29,543 nucleotides of DNA. Origin: an archaeon (GTDB lineage: Archaea > SpSt-1190 > DYHY01). The notes beneath the pieces are model-generated. The model was not told the origin of the DNA and did no database searches. It saw only the letters and a program-made list of their open reading frames with translations. Position 1 is the stretch's first letter, and each line of letters begins with the position of its first letter. The position numbers were made by a program, and so were the translations under genes. The stretch spans positions 1 through 29,543 of the forward strand of contig JAZDJS010000008.1 in NCBI GenBank assembly GCA_043803745.1. The letters run 5' to 3'. Below, piece after piece: positions 1 through 7,732 of the stretch.

Positions 1-347
1 TTCCTGCGCCCTTTGTTGCTTCCACGGGTTTCTGAGAAATATAGAACGCTTGTCAGGAAAAGGGGTCCTGAAATAAGGAGAAGCGAGAATGGCGATTTCC
101 AGGTCCGAAAGAAAAGGGTGAAGGCGGTTCCAAGCAAAAGGAACCCCCACGCTCCGAAGGATGACCTTTTCCAGGAAAGGAAAGCAACAGCCAGGACTAT
201 TACCGACGGGAGCGAGTGCATCAGAAACCCTAAAGGGCTTTCCGAGTCAAAGGCGAAGAGTTCGATGAAGAGGGCGAACGCAACCGCAAGTATTCGCGGA
301 AGCAGGTAGACGAATCTTCCTACAACCTTCCCTTTTCCAGCTTTCAT
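1..347 (-). CDS. Small integral membrane protein (3' end runs off the window)
   Basis: Manual translation of the minus strand from ATG 347: MKAGKGKVVGRFVYLLPRILAVAFALFIELFAFDSESPLGFLMHSLPSVIVLAVAFLSWK...; about 4 hydrophobic segments; ATGA overlap with the stop of the upstream gene. Not in the ORF track because it is truncated. Confidence 0.8.
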   Translation of the reverse strand, partial: MKAGKGKVVGRFVYLLPRILAVAFALFIELFAFDSESPLGFLMHSLPSVIVLAVAFLSWKRSSFGAWGFLLLGTAFTLFFRTWKSPFSLLLISGPLFLTSVLYFSETRGSNKGRR

Positions 348-784
348 TTTCCCGCTTCCGCCAGGTTCTTTTGGTACTGCTCAACTGAAGTTCTGGCGAG
401 CTGCCGGAGATCCCGGTTCCTAATTAGGTCGGTTGCAAGGTCATATATCCCAAGAAGTATCGGAGCCGCAACAGCGCCTTCAACTGGATGACCGACTGCC
501 GCGCCAACAGCAAGTCCTAGAAAAGGAATTCCAAGATAGTCGCCAAAGTCAAGGCCGGTATAGACGTGCCCTTCCTGAAGTAGCTCAGCCGCGCCCACAA
601 TGAACCCCTCGTCCCCCGCAAGGTGTTTCTTGAACGGGTCTCCTTTTCCATTCTCACCGTTAGCCCGGTTGTTCAGGAGATACCTTAGCTGGTTTTCGGG
701 CCACGTGTGAGTGCCATCGGGATATCTTAGGCCCCCTCTCGCAAGCTCCTGGACAACTCTGACCGCATAACGTTTTGGATTCAT
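344..784 (-). CDS. Hypothetical protein with a C-terminal hydrophobic Gly/Ala-rich hairpin
   Basis: ORF 344..874; start moved to ATG 784 (MNPKRY) because TTTAATAAA (806-814, minus strand) lies just upstream. Segment LGIPFLGLAVGAAVG...VAAPILLGIY is hydrophobic. Confidence 0.7.
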   Translation of the reverse strand: MNPKRYAVRVVQELARGGLRYPDGTHTWPENQLRYLLNNRANGENGKGDPFKKHLAGDEGFIVGAAELLQEGHVYTGLDFGDYLGIPFLGLAVGAAVGHPVEGAVAAPILLGIYDLATDLIRNRDLRQLARTSVEQYQKNLAEAGK

Positions 785-805
785 CCTCGGCGGAGGAGAA
801 TCCTC

Positions 806-835
806 TTTATTAAATTTCCCTTTGCCAGTGGCAAA
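806..835 (-). promoter_or_regulatory. TATA box plus perfect inverted repeat (candidate operator)
   Basis: TTTAATAAA at 806-814 (minus strand); TTTGCCA-G-TGGCAAA at 821-835. Confidence 0.4.
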
Positions 836-845
836 AAGACTTAAC

Positions 846-905
846 TCAGCTCTGCCAGAAAACGTCAACCTCATCGACCGTTCCGCCGCGGCTCAGCTCA
901 TTCAT
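846..905 (-). other. 19-codon micro-ORF / degenerate copy of the kae1 3' end
   Basis: MNELSRGGTVDEVDVFWQS*; ATG overlaps the kae1 stop (ATGA); VDEVDVFW resembles the Kae1 end VDEQEVYW. Confidence 0.4.
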
Positions 906-1882
906 TTCCAATAGACTTCCTGCTCGTCAACCCGGAACCTCGGGTCAATGTCCGCCTTCTTGAGCGGGATTGTTCTCCCAGACATCAGCGCGCCAGTGAC
1001 CGCGATCATCGCGCCGTTGTCCCCAGCGAACTCCATCGGGACAATCTTGAATTCCGCGCCCCGCTCCCGGCACATTATCTCAAGCATTTCGGCAAGCCGC
1101 CTGTTCGCGGCAACCCCACCGGTAATCAAGACCTCCCTCTTTCCGGTGTGCGCAACAGCCCGCTCAGTGACTTCGACAAGCATTGCAAAGCAGTGTTCCT
1201 GGAATGAATAGCAGATGTCCTCGAGCGAATGTTTCCCGGACCGAGCGAGTTTCCTGCAATGCGTCAAAAGCCCCGAATAGGAGAGGTCCATTCCCTTCAC
1301 AACATAGGGCAGCTCGATTAGTTTCTTTCCGGCGCGAGCCAGCCGTTCTATTTCCGGCCCTCCCGGAAAAGGAAGGTTCTGGTCCCGGGCAAAGACGTCA
1401 AGAGCGTTCCCTATAGGAATGTCAAGAGTCTCCCCGAAAACCCGGTATTTCCCCCCGGCAAGGGCAATCACCTGTGTGTTCCCCCCGGAAACATAGAGAA
1501 CGACCGGGTCTCTTGCCTGAGCAGCCCATTTCCCGATTTCGATGTGCGCGACCGGATGGTTCACGGGTACCAGCGGCACGCCTAAATTTGCCGAAACAGT
1601 TCTCGCGATTGCAAGCCCGACCCGTAGGACCGGCCCGAGCCCGGGTCCCCTTGAATATGCAACATAATCGATTTTCCCCTTTCCAGCCTTCCTGAAAGCC
1701 CTCCCAAGAAGTTCCCCGACCTTTTCCGAATGATGATCCGCAACATCCCGAGGGATCATCCCCGCTCCGATTGGTGGGATGAAAGTGTCCTTCTCGTTCG
1801 CCAAAAGTCTGTTTTTCCCAGAGTCGAAAGCGGCAACCCCGAGCGTGTGCGCGGTGCTTTCGATTCCTAAAATCAGGGACAT
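902..1882 (-). CDS. kae1: tRNA N6-threonylcarbamoyladenosine biosynthesis protein Kae1 (KEOPS)
   Basis: ILGIESTAHT, GPGLGP, VNHPVAHIE, LYVSGGNT, GETLDIPIGNALD, GGVAAN and DNGAMIA motifs; start at ATG 1882 (MSLILG). Confidence 0.97.
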   Translation of the reverse strand: MSLILGIESTAHTLGVAAFDSGKNRLLANEKDTFIPPIGAGMIPRDVADHHSEKVGELLGRAFRKAGKGKIDYVAYSRGPGLGPVLRVGLAIARTVSANLGVPLVPVNHPVAHIEIGKWAAQARDPVVLYVSGGNTQVIALAGGKYRVFGETLDIPIGNALDVFARDQNLPFPGGPEIERLARAGKKLIELPYVVKGMDLSYSGLLTHCRKLARSGKHSLEDICYSFQEHCFAMLVEVTERAVAHTGKREVLITGGVAANRRLAEMLEIMCRERGAEFKIVPMEFAGDNGAMIAVTGALMSGRTIPLKKADIDPRFRVDEQEVYWK

Positions 1883-1899
1883 TTCACTTTTTGGTTCTC

Positions 1900-2115
1900 T
1901 TATTGGGATGGATTTTTGGCCTTGTCCGCAAAAACAGTATAGTGGCAGCGCCCGCAATATTCCCTGTCCTTGTGCTTTGCCATGAATGTTCCGGGTCCGC
2001 ACCGGGGGCAGGATTTGAGCGTTCTTGTCGCCTTCGTACCCTCTACTTTGTAGAACTTGTATTTTGGAACGTATTTGTGAGGCTTTTTCTTCTTCTTTCC
2101 GTCTCCGCCAGCCAT
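1900..2115 (-). CDS. rps27ae: 30S ribosomal protein S27ae (eS31)
   Basis: CPRCGPGTFMAKHKDREYCGRC zinc ribbon; basic N-terminus; TTTTATAAA upstream near 2138-2148. Confidence 0.95.
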   Translation of the reverse strand: MAGGDGKKKKKPHKYVPKYKFYKVEGTKATRTLKSCPRCGPGTFMAKHKDREYCGRCHYTVFADKAKNPSQ

Positions 2116-2168
2116 ATGCACGGAACCCCGCGCCACGCTTTATAAAAGTTGTTTTCCCTGTTCTCGCA

Positions 2169-2699
2169 TCATTCCCCGGAGAAAACGATGAGGGCTTTCG
2201 TCCGTTCCGACTCTATTATCCTGCCCCCTATTCCGGAGGCCTTCAGTATCCGGAGAACCTGATTCTTCCCAAGGCGCTTTCCAGCCTCGAAAACACGCAG
2301 CTTGCTTACGGGCTCGCGGATGACGAGTCCTTTGAAGTTTTTCCTGATTTTCCGGAGGAAAATTTCCGGCTTTTTCAGGTGATGGATTACCCCCCAGAGG
2401 ATCGCAAGGTCTCCCTTTGGAACCTTTTTTTCAAAGTCTATTTTCTGGGTTTTCAGGCCCCGTTTCTTTGAGAGTTCCAGAAGCCTTTTGTTGACTTCGT
2501 ATCCGACAAGCTTTTTCGGCCTGAGAATCCGGGCAAGCCTGAGAGTCGTTTTCCCGTCGCCGCAGCCAAGGTCCGAGATTTCCCGCCCCCTGAACGCGTT
2601 CGGAAGGGTCTTTTCAAGAAGCGCAAGCTCGTGCTCCAAGTCATACATCGAGAAATTCTTGAGGATTGAGTAAAGCCCTTGCTCGACGAGTTTCCCCAT
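2169..2699 (-). CDS. Class I SAM-dependent methyltransferase
   Basis: DLGCGDG motif I, VGYEVN motif II, GVIHHL; start at ATG 2699. Confidence 0.88.
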   Translation of the reverse strand: MGKLVEQGLYSILKNFSMYDLEHELALLEKTLPNAFRGREISDLGCGDGKTTLRLARILRPKKLVGYEVNKRLLELSKKRGLKTQKIDFEKKVPKGDLAILWGVIHHLKKPEIFLRKIRKNFKGLVIREPVSKLRVFEAGKRLGKNQVLRILKASGIGGRIIESERTKALIVFSGE

Positions 2700-2754
2700 T
2701 TTTCCAGCCTTTCGCGAAACGGTTATAAAAGATTTTCCCAGGATGCATTCGTAC
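2700..2754. promoter_or_regulatory. Divergent promoter with TATA box
   Basis: TTATAAAA at 2723-2730, roughly midway between two divergent start codons. Confidence 0.5.
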
Positions 2755-3330
2755 ATGGCCTATTCCGACACCGAGGTTGAGCTGAAGCTCCGGGTTGGCA
2801 GGAGGGCCTTTTCCGCAGCTGAGAAAACCCTGAACGCGTCCGGGAAGTTCCTTTCGGAAAGCAGGCAAATTGACACATACTACAATCACCCGAAACGCGA
2901 TTTTCTTTCTCCCAGCCATCCTTTCGAATGGCTCAGCATCCGGAGGCGCGGCGCGCACACAATCCTGAACTACAAGCATTTTTATCCCGAGAACGCCAGG
3001 AAAACGACGCACTGCACCGAGCTGGAGACCGGGGTTTCCGACCCGGGAAAAGCCGCTCGGATTCTGGGCGCTTTGGGCTTTCAGAAGCTCGTTGTTGTTG
3101 ACAAGAAGCGGAGGAACTATTCCTTCAGGGATTTTACGGTTTCCCTCGACAGGGTTGCCGGACTCGGCCTTTTCGCCGAGATAGAGTCGGAGAGAAGCTT
3201 CGGCTCGATAAAGAGGACGCTTGCGGAAATCTGGCGGGCTGCAAAGGCACTTGGTCTGAACAAATTCAAAGAGGATTTTCGCGGCTATCCCTACCTGCTT
3301 CTTGAGAAGGCCGGGTTGATGAGAAAATGA
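2755..3330 (+). CDS. cyaB: CYTH-domain protein (class IV adenylate cyclase/CyaB-like triphosphatase)
   Basis: EVELK (ExExK), QIDTYY, KKRRNY, LDRVAGLGLFAEIE, GYPYLL motifs. Confidence 0.9.
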   Translation: MAYSDTEVELKLRVGRRAFSAAEKTLNASGKFLSESRQIDTYYNHPKRDFLSPSHPFEWLSIRRRGAHTILNYKHFYPENARKTTHCTELETGVSDPGKAARILGALGFQKLVVVDKKRRNYSFRDFTVSLDRVAGLGLFAEIESERSFGSIKRTLAEIWRAAKALGLNKFKEDFRGYPYLLLEKAGLMRK

Positions 3331-3764
3331 TGGAACATCTTGCTATTATGAAAAAGTCTCTAGGCTTTCTTCCGAGAATCCTTTCGGGGGCGAAGACGAT
3401 AGAGTCCCGCTGGTATTCGACGCGGCGCGCCCCTTTCGGGAAAATTTCGGCGGGTGAATCCGTTTACTTCAAGAACTCCGGGGAACCCGTCACGGTCCGG
3501 GCGGAAGTTTCCAAGGTAATCGAGTTCGAGGACATTTCTCCGGAAAATGTCCGCTCAATCCTATCCGAGTACGGAAAAGGAATAGGCCTCTCCGAGAAAG
3601 AAATCCCCTTCTTTGAAAAATCGGTTTCAGGCAAGAAATACTGCGTCCTGATTTTCCTTGAGGCGGTCCGCCCCTGCCCGCCCTTCGGAGTCGACAAGAC
3701 TGGCTTCGGGACGATGTCCGCCTGGATAAGCGCGGAAAAGCTCAAGAAAACGGGAAGACAATAA
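3327..3764 (+). CDS. ASCH/PUA-like domain protein
   Basis: ILSGAKTIESR matches the ASCH GxKxxExR motif; ATGA overlap with the CYTH gene. Confidence 0.85.
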   Translation: MMEHLAIMKKSLGFLPRILSGAKTIESRWYSTRRAPFGKISAGESVYFKNSGEPVTVRAEVSKVIEFEDISPENVRSILSEYGKGIGLSEKEIPFFEKSVSGKKYCVLIFLEAVRPCPPFGVDKTGFGTMSAWISAEKLKKTGRQ

Positions 3765-3802
3765 CGGAAAGGAATTTAACCAGTTGTACGGCCTTTTTCC
3801 CA

Positions 3803-4132
3803 ATGGAAATCTCCGAAATCTCGAAATTCGCGAAAATCCAGAACGCCCATTTCAGGGAAAAGTGGCCGGAACTTAAGGATGAGACGCGCCTCGCCCTTGC
3901 CCAGGCAGTGAAGCTTTCGGAGGAGGCTGGCGAGCTTGCGGAGCAGGTCCTGAAGGCGCAGGGATTCCAGAGGAAGGAGAAGACGGGCGGTTCCGTTGCC
4001 GAGGAAATAGCCGACGTGATTTTCGCAACAGCCCTGATTGCCGATAGCTGCGGGGTCGATCTCGAGGATGCCCTCGGGAAAAAACTGGAAAAGCTTTACG
4101 GGCGTATTGAAATGGACAGGAAATCTACCTGA
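3803..4132 (+). CDS. MazG-like NTP pyrophosphohydrolase
   Basis: KLSEEAGELAE ... EEIADV (EExxE ... ExxD) motifs. Confidence 0.9.
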   Translation: MEISEISKFAKIQNAHFREKWPELKDETRLALAQAVKLSEEAGELAEQVLKAQGFQRKEKTGGSVAEEIADVIFATALIADSCGVDLEDALGKKLEKLYGRIEMDRKST

Positions 4133-4580
4133 GGGCTTCCTCTCCGTTGCTTTTCATTTCCTTCCTGACCCAGCCGGGCGTCCGAACCTTTGCCGGGCCG
4201 TCCCTTTCCGGGATATAGGGCTTTATGTCAATAACGGGCGTTCCGTCAAGCGCGTCAAGGCCGTCAACCGAAAGGACATTTCCGCGGATTTTCTCAAGCC
4301 GGACGACCGAAACCCCGATTTTCGCCGGACGGAACGGGGACCTTGTTGCGAAAACCCCTATCTCCGGGAGATTCGGGTTCCTCATCGGATGCACCAGAAG
4401 CGCGGTATCGAGCTTCTTATGGAATCTGAAAATGACTATTATGTGCGAGAATTTTTCAAGGCCTCTAAGCCCCGCCGAGTATTCCTTCCGGACAACTATT
4501 TCCGACGGAACCCTTTTTCCGGGAGCAAGAACGTGCGCTCCGTTCCGGACTCTGCCTATTTCCAGCTCAGTTGGATTCAA
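4125..4580 (-). CDS. tsaA: tRNA m6t6A37 methyltransferase TrmO/TsaA family
   Basis: GVFATRSPFRP and GLDALDGTPVIDIKPY signatures. Confidence 0.93.
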   Translation of the reverse strand: MNPTELEIGRVRNGAHVLAPGKRVPSEIVVRKEYSAGLRGLEKFSHIIVIFRFHKKLDTALLVHPMRNPNLPEIGVFATRSPFRPAKIGVSVVRLEKIRGNVLSVDGLDALDGTPVIDIKPYIPERDGPAKVRTPGWVRKEMKSNGEEALR

Positions 4581-5802
4581 TGCCTTTCTCCTCCAGGACT
4601 TTGACTGCCCGCGACTTCAGGTCGGCAAGAATCGCGATGAAGTTCGCATATGCCTCGTAGGGGTTCTTGATGTGCGCGAAATAGGAATGGACGTCCCCGT
4701 CCCCGAGCCACTTGGTGCACATGTAGTAGTAGTGGTCGCTTGTCTGGAGGAGCCGCCATGCCCTTATGAGATCCTTGTCCCCGGCCGCAAGAACCAACGG
4801 GCCAAGCTTCTTTATCTCCTCGAAGGCAATCTGCTGCATCCTGTTCCCGAGCCAGGCGCTCGTGTCCCGCTCAAGGTCCGCCCAGGAAATTGTCGAATAT
4901 TCGAAAACGTCAATCTCCCCGACCGGCATGAACTTCCCGACAAGCTCGCTGGGCGTTGCGAAGGAAAGCTGCGGATACTTCAGAACCTGTTCCGGCAGGG
5001 CCTCAAGGAAGGAGAAAATCCCGGTGTCGGTCCATTGGTGCTCCCCGAAGGTCTCAAAGTCAATGCAGATGTTGGTGAAATCCCCTGTCGCCTCCGAAAG
5101 CCAGGCGGCGTATTTTTCCGCCGTCAGAGGCCACTCGTTCCACCATCTTGCGGAGAACCGGTAGCCGATGTCGTCGGAAAGCTTGTAGTTCCTGAGGAGC
5201 GCGAAGATTCCCGGCGCATCCTTTACCGTGTAGAGGTGGTTGGGGCTTTTCCAGCCATGGAGAATCCAGTCGATCCCCTCCGTGTATATCGCCTTGTATC
5301 CCAGCTCGGCAACGGTTTTCGCAATCGCGTTGTTGAAAATGAACTCGGTGTTCCTGAAGATTTTCGGGCTCTGTCCGAAAAGCTCCTTTATTTTCCGCCC
5401 GTGTTCCCTGACCTGTTCGATGAATTCCCCCCGGTCAGTCCCGTAAAGGCTTGAAAGGGAGTGGTAGTAAGTTTCGTCAATGAATTCCACTGCGCCGGTT
5501 TCCGCAAGGAGCCGGAAATTATCAAGGACCTCGGGCGCATATTCCTCCGCCTGCTCAATGAAAGTTCCCGTGAGGGAGAACGAGACCTTGAACCGCCCCT
5601 TGAAGCGGTCAATGAGCTTCAGGAGGATGAATGTTGTCGGGAGATAGCACTTGGTTGCGACCTTTCGGAAGGTCGTCCGGTTTGTTTCAGAGTCGAAATA
5701 ATACTTTCCGAGCTCCGCGGGCTTTGCTCTCGCAGGAATTTCCGGAAATTGCCCGACCCGCCTTGGCTGGTGCACCTCAAACTCAAGAGCCAGGGAAACC
5801 AT
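4567..5802 (-). CDS. Glycoside hydrolase family 57 alpha-amylase
   Basis: GH57 conserved regions EVHQP, ETYYHS, FRNTE (nucleophile), DFETFGEH (acid/base), TSDHYY; upstream TTTATAAAA and AGGTGA. Confidence 0.95.
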   Translation of the reverse strand: MVSLALEFEVHQPRRVGQFPEIPARAKPAELGKYYFDSETNRTTFRKVATKCYLPTTFILLKLIDRFKGRFKVSFSLTGTFIEQAEEYAPEVLDNFRLLAETGAVEFIDETYYHSLSSLYGTDRGEFIEQVREHGRKIKELFGQSPKIFRNTEFIFNNAIAKTVAELGYKAIYTEGIDWILHGWKSPNHLYTVKDAPGIFALLRNYKLSDDIGYRFSARWWNEWPLTAEKYAAWLSEATGDFTNICIDFETFGEHQWTDTGIFSFLEALPEQVLKYPQLSFATPSELVGKFMPVGEIDVFEYSTISWADLERDTSAWLGNRMQQIAFEEIKKLGPLVLAAGDKDLIRAWRLLQTSDHYYYMCTKWLGDGDVHSYFAHIKNPYEAYANFIAILADLKSRAVKVLEEKGIESN

Positions 5803-5853
5803 TCTTTTTCACCTTCCGCAATCCCTCTTTATAAATTGGCCCGGGCCCGGGAT

Positions 5854-7728
5854 TCAGAGGGAGAATTCCCCGCCGCAGTTCCTGCCGTTGACTGAGATTT
5901 TCCCGCCGTTAAGAACCGAGATTTCGAATTTCTTTCCCGCAATTTTTCCAATCCGTTCAATCCGCCCGAATCCCTCAGGGATTTTCGGGCGTATCCCGAC
6001 CCGCCCCGCTTCCGCATCAGGCTCAATTCCGAAAAGCCCGTCGTCGACAATTCTCGGGACAATCGAAGCGCTCCAGGCCTGGCTCACCGCGCCCTGGGGG
6101 GCGCCGGAACCGTCAAAAGTCTCGTCGAGCGCCTGCGCGCATCTCCGTCCGAAGTTCGATTTCAAGATTCCCAGATATTCGAGCCCCTTTTCCGGACGGC
6201 CGTACTTGAACTCGGCAAGGCTTGCGAGCCCGGTGAGGAGGTTCCAGACGGCGCCGGTGTGGTATCCGTTAGGGGAATAGTTCGGGTTCTTTGCCGAGCC
6301 GGTCTGGACGCCCCAAGGTTTCGTGAATTCCTCCGATTCGATTGTTCTCAGCGCGGCAACGGCCCGGTCGTCCGGAATCCGTCTACCGATTGCAAGGGGA
6401 AAAAGTATGTTTGAGGATTTCTGGTTGTAGGTCGGGCCTCCGATTGTGTCAGCGAAATAGGCCCATTCTGATTTCCAGAACTTTTCCTCGCAGGAGCTGG
6501 AGAGCTTTTGCCCTTTCTCCTCGAAGCCTTCTTCTCCAAGGAGCTTTCCGGCTTTGACCAGTGCGTCCGCCCAGAGGAAGTTTACTTCGACGGCTTTTCC
6601 GCTCCGCTCAATTGAATCCATCCAGGTCGTCCAATGCTTCAAGGGCGTGTCGTAAACCGAGCGCGCATCTGTTTCCGAAAGCCCGTCCCCGTCAACGTCG
6701 GTTTTCCAGAAGAAGTCAGCTGCCTTGGCGACCTCTTCAACCAGGACTTTCTCTCCGGACCAGTTCCAATAGTCTGCGACGGCGAGGATGAACAACGGGG
6801 TTGTGTCCGCGGAGGAGAAATCGTCAGAGCCCGGGAAATTCGGTATTGCCCCGTCTAGCCTCTGGCTTTCCCCGATTTTTTCAAGGACTTTGCGCGCTCG
6901 CGCATATAATCCAAGCCGCGAAAGGGCAGGAAGGGAGATGCACGCATCCCGGGCCCAGAATTTGGCGAAATAAGGGAAGCCCGCAAGATATTTTTCCCCT
7001 GAAAGGAAGCTCGTCGAAAGCTGTGCGCATTTTCCGACGAACTCGCCAAGTTCGGAATCCGGAAATCTGTGGATCTCATCGAAAGCTTCCGGGGAACCGG
7101 CCGGCTCTTCCGGAGGAAATCCGCAGCTTGCTACTGAAAACCCGGCCGCCTTGGTTTTCCTTGCGCTTTTCAGCCGGACCACAAGGCAATCCTGTTCTGC
7201 TTCGTTGAAATATTTCCAGCCGAGCTTCTCGGAAATCCTTCCCGGATAATGCCTCTTCTGGAAGTTCTCCGTCAGTTCAAAGCCGTCCAATCCGGAAATT
7301 TTTTCCCTCCGCCCTCCGCGCCCCTCGACAGTCAGGACCCCTCCTCCGAAGGAAACGACATTCCCCGGACTGCCTGTGGAATTCTCGCCGGCTTCCCGGA
7401 GGTTTATTCCAAGTTCAATCTCGCAAGTTTCCGGAATTTTGGATGCGGCGGCAACGCGCAAGCCGTCCTTGGAGAAGCAGACCTCTTCGGCAAGGTCCCC
7501 TCCGAACGAAAGTCGCGCCCTCCGCTCGGAAAGGTTCTCCTTGAAGCCTGAAAAATTCTCCGGCGAAAGCCAGGACTTGCCGAAATTGAATGCCCAGTAC
7601 TCGAGGACTTTCCGTTCGCCCTTCCAAAAACCCATCCACTTCGACCCGAACCCCCCTGAGTTGAACCTGAAAACGAAGTTTCCTTCCTTGGAAATGACGT
7701 GGCAGATCCCCTCGGATTTTTTTTCCAT
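5854..7728 (-). CDS. Amylo-alpha-1,6-glucosidase (glycogen debranching enzyme family)
   Basis: AGFPYF..FWARD, SADTTPLF, TWMDS, RSGKAVEVN, YHTGAVW, SQAWS; start at ATG 7728 (MEKKSE). Confidence 0.92.
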   Translation of the reverse strand: MEKKSEGICHVISKEGNFVFRFNSGGFGSKWMGFWKGERKVLEYWAFNFGKSWLSPENFSGFKENLSERRARLSFGGDLAEEVCFSKDGLRVAAASKIPETCEIELGINLREAGENSTGSPGNVVSFGGGVLTVEGRGGRREKISGLDGFELTENFQKRHYPGRISEKLGWKYFNEAEQDCLVVRLKSARKTKAAGFSVASCGFPPEEPAGSPEAFDEIHRFPDSELGEFVGKCAQLSTSFLSGEKYLAGFPYFAKFWARDACISLPALSRLGLYARARKVLEKIGESQRLDGAIPNFPGSDDFSSADTTPLFILAVADYWNWSGEKVLVEEVAKAADFFWKTDVDGDGLSETDARSVYDTPLKHWTTWMDSIERSGKAVEVNFLWADALVKAGKLLGEEGFEEKGQKLSSSCEEKFWKSEWAYFADTIGGPTYNQKSSNILFPLAIGRRIPDDRAVAALRTIESEEFTKPWGVQTGSAKNPNYSPNGYHTGAVWNLLTGLASLAEFKYGRPEKGLEYLGILKSNFGRRCAQALDETFDGSGAPQGAVSQAWSASIVPRIVDDGLFGIEPDAEAGRVGIRPKIPEGFGRIERIGKIAGKKFEISVLNGGKISVNGRNCGGEFSL

Positions 7729-7732
7729 TTTC

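Noticed and set aside
13-309. Plus-strand 98-aa basic ORF
   Set aside because: Antisense shadow of the hydrophobic minus-strand membrane gene.
846-905. C/D box sRNA on the minus strand
   Set aside because: Boxes are imperfect and the second guide is too long; the Kae1-tail similarity explains the sequence better.
846-945. Diversity-generating retroelement TR/VR pair at the kae1 end
   Set aside because: Mismatches are not adenine-specific, the match is short, and there is no reverse transcriptase in the window.
4225-5454. 409-aa plus-strand ORF
   Set aside because: Antisense to tsaA and GH57, which have clear motifs; no recognisable domain.
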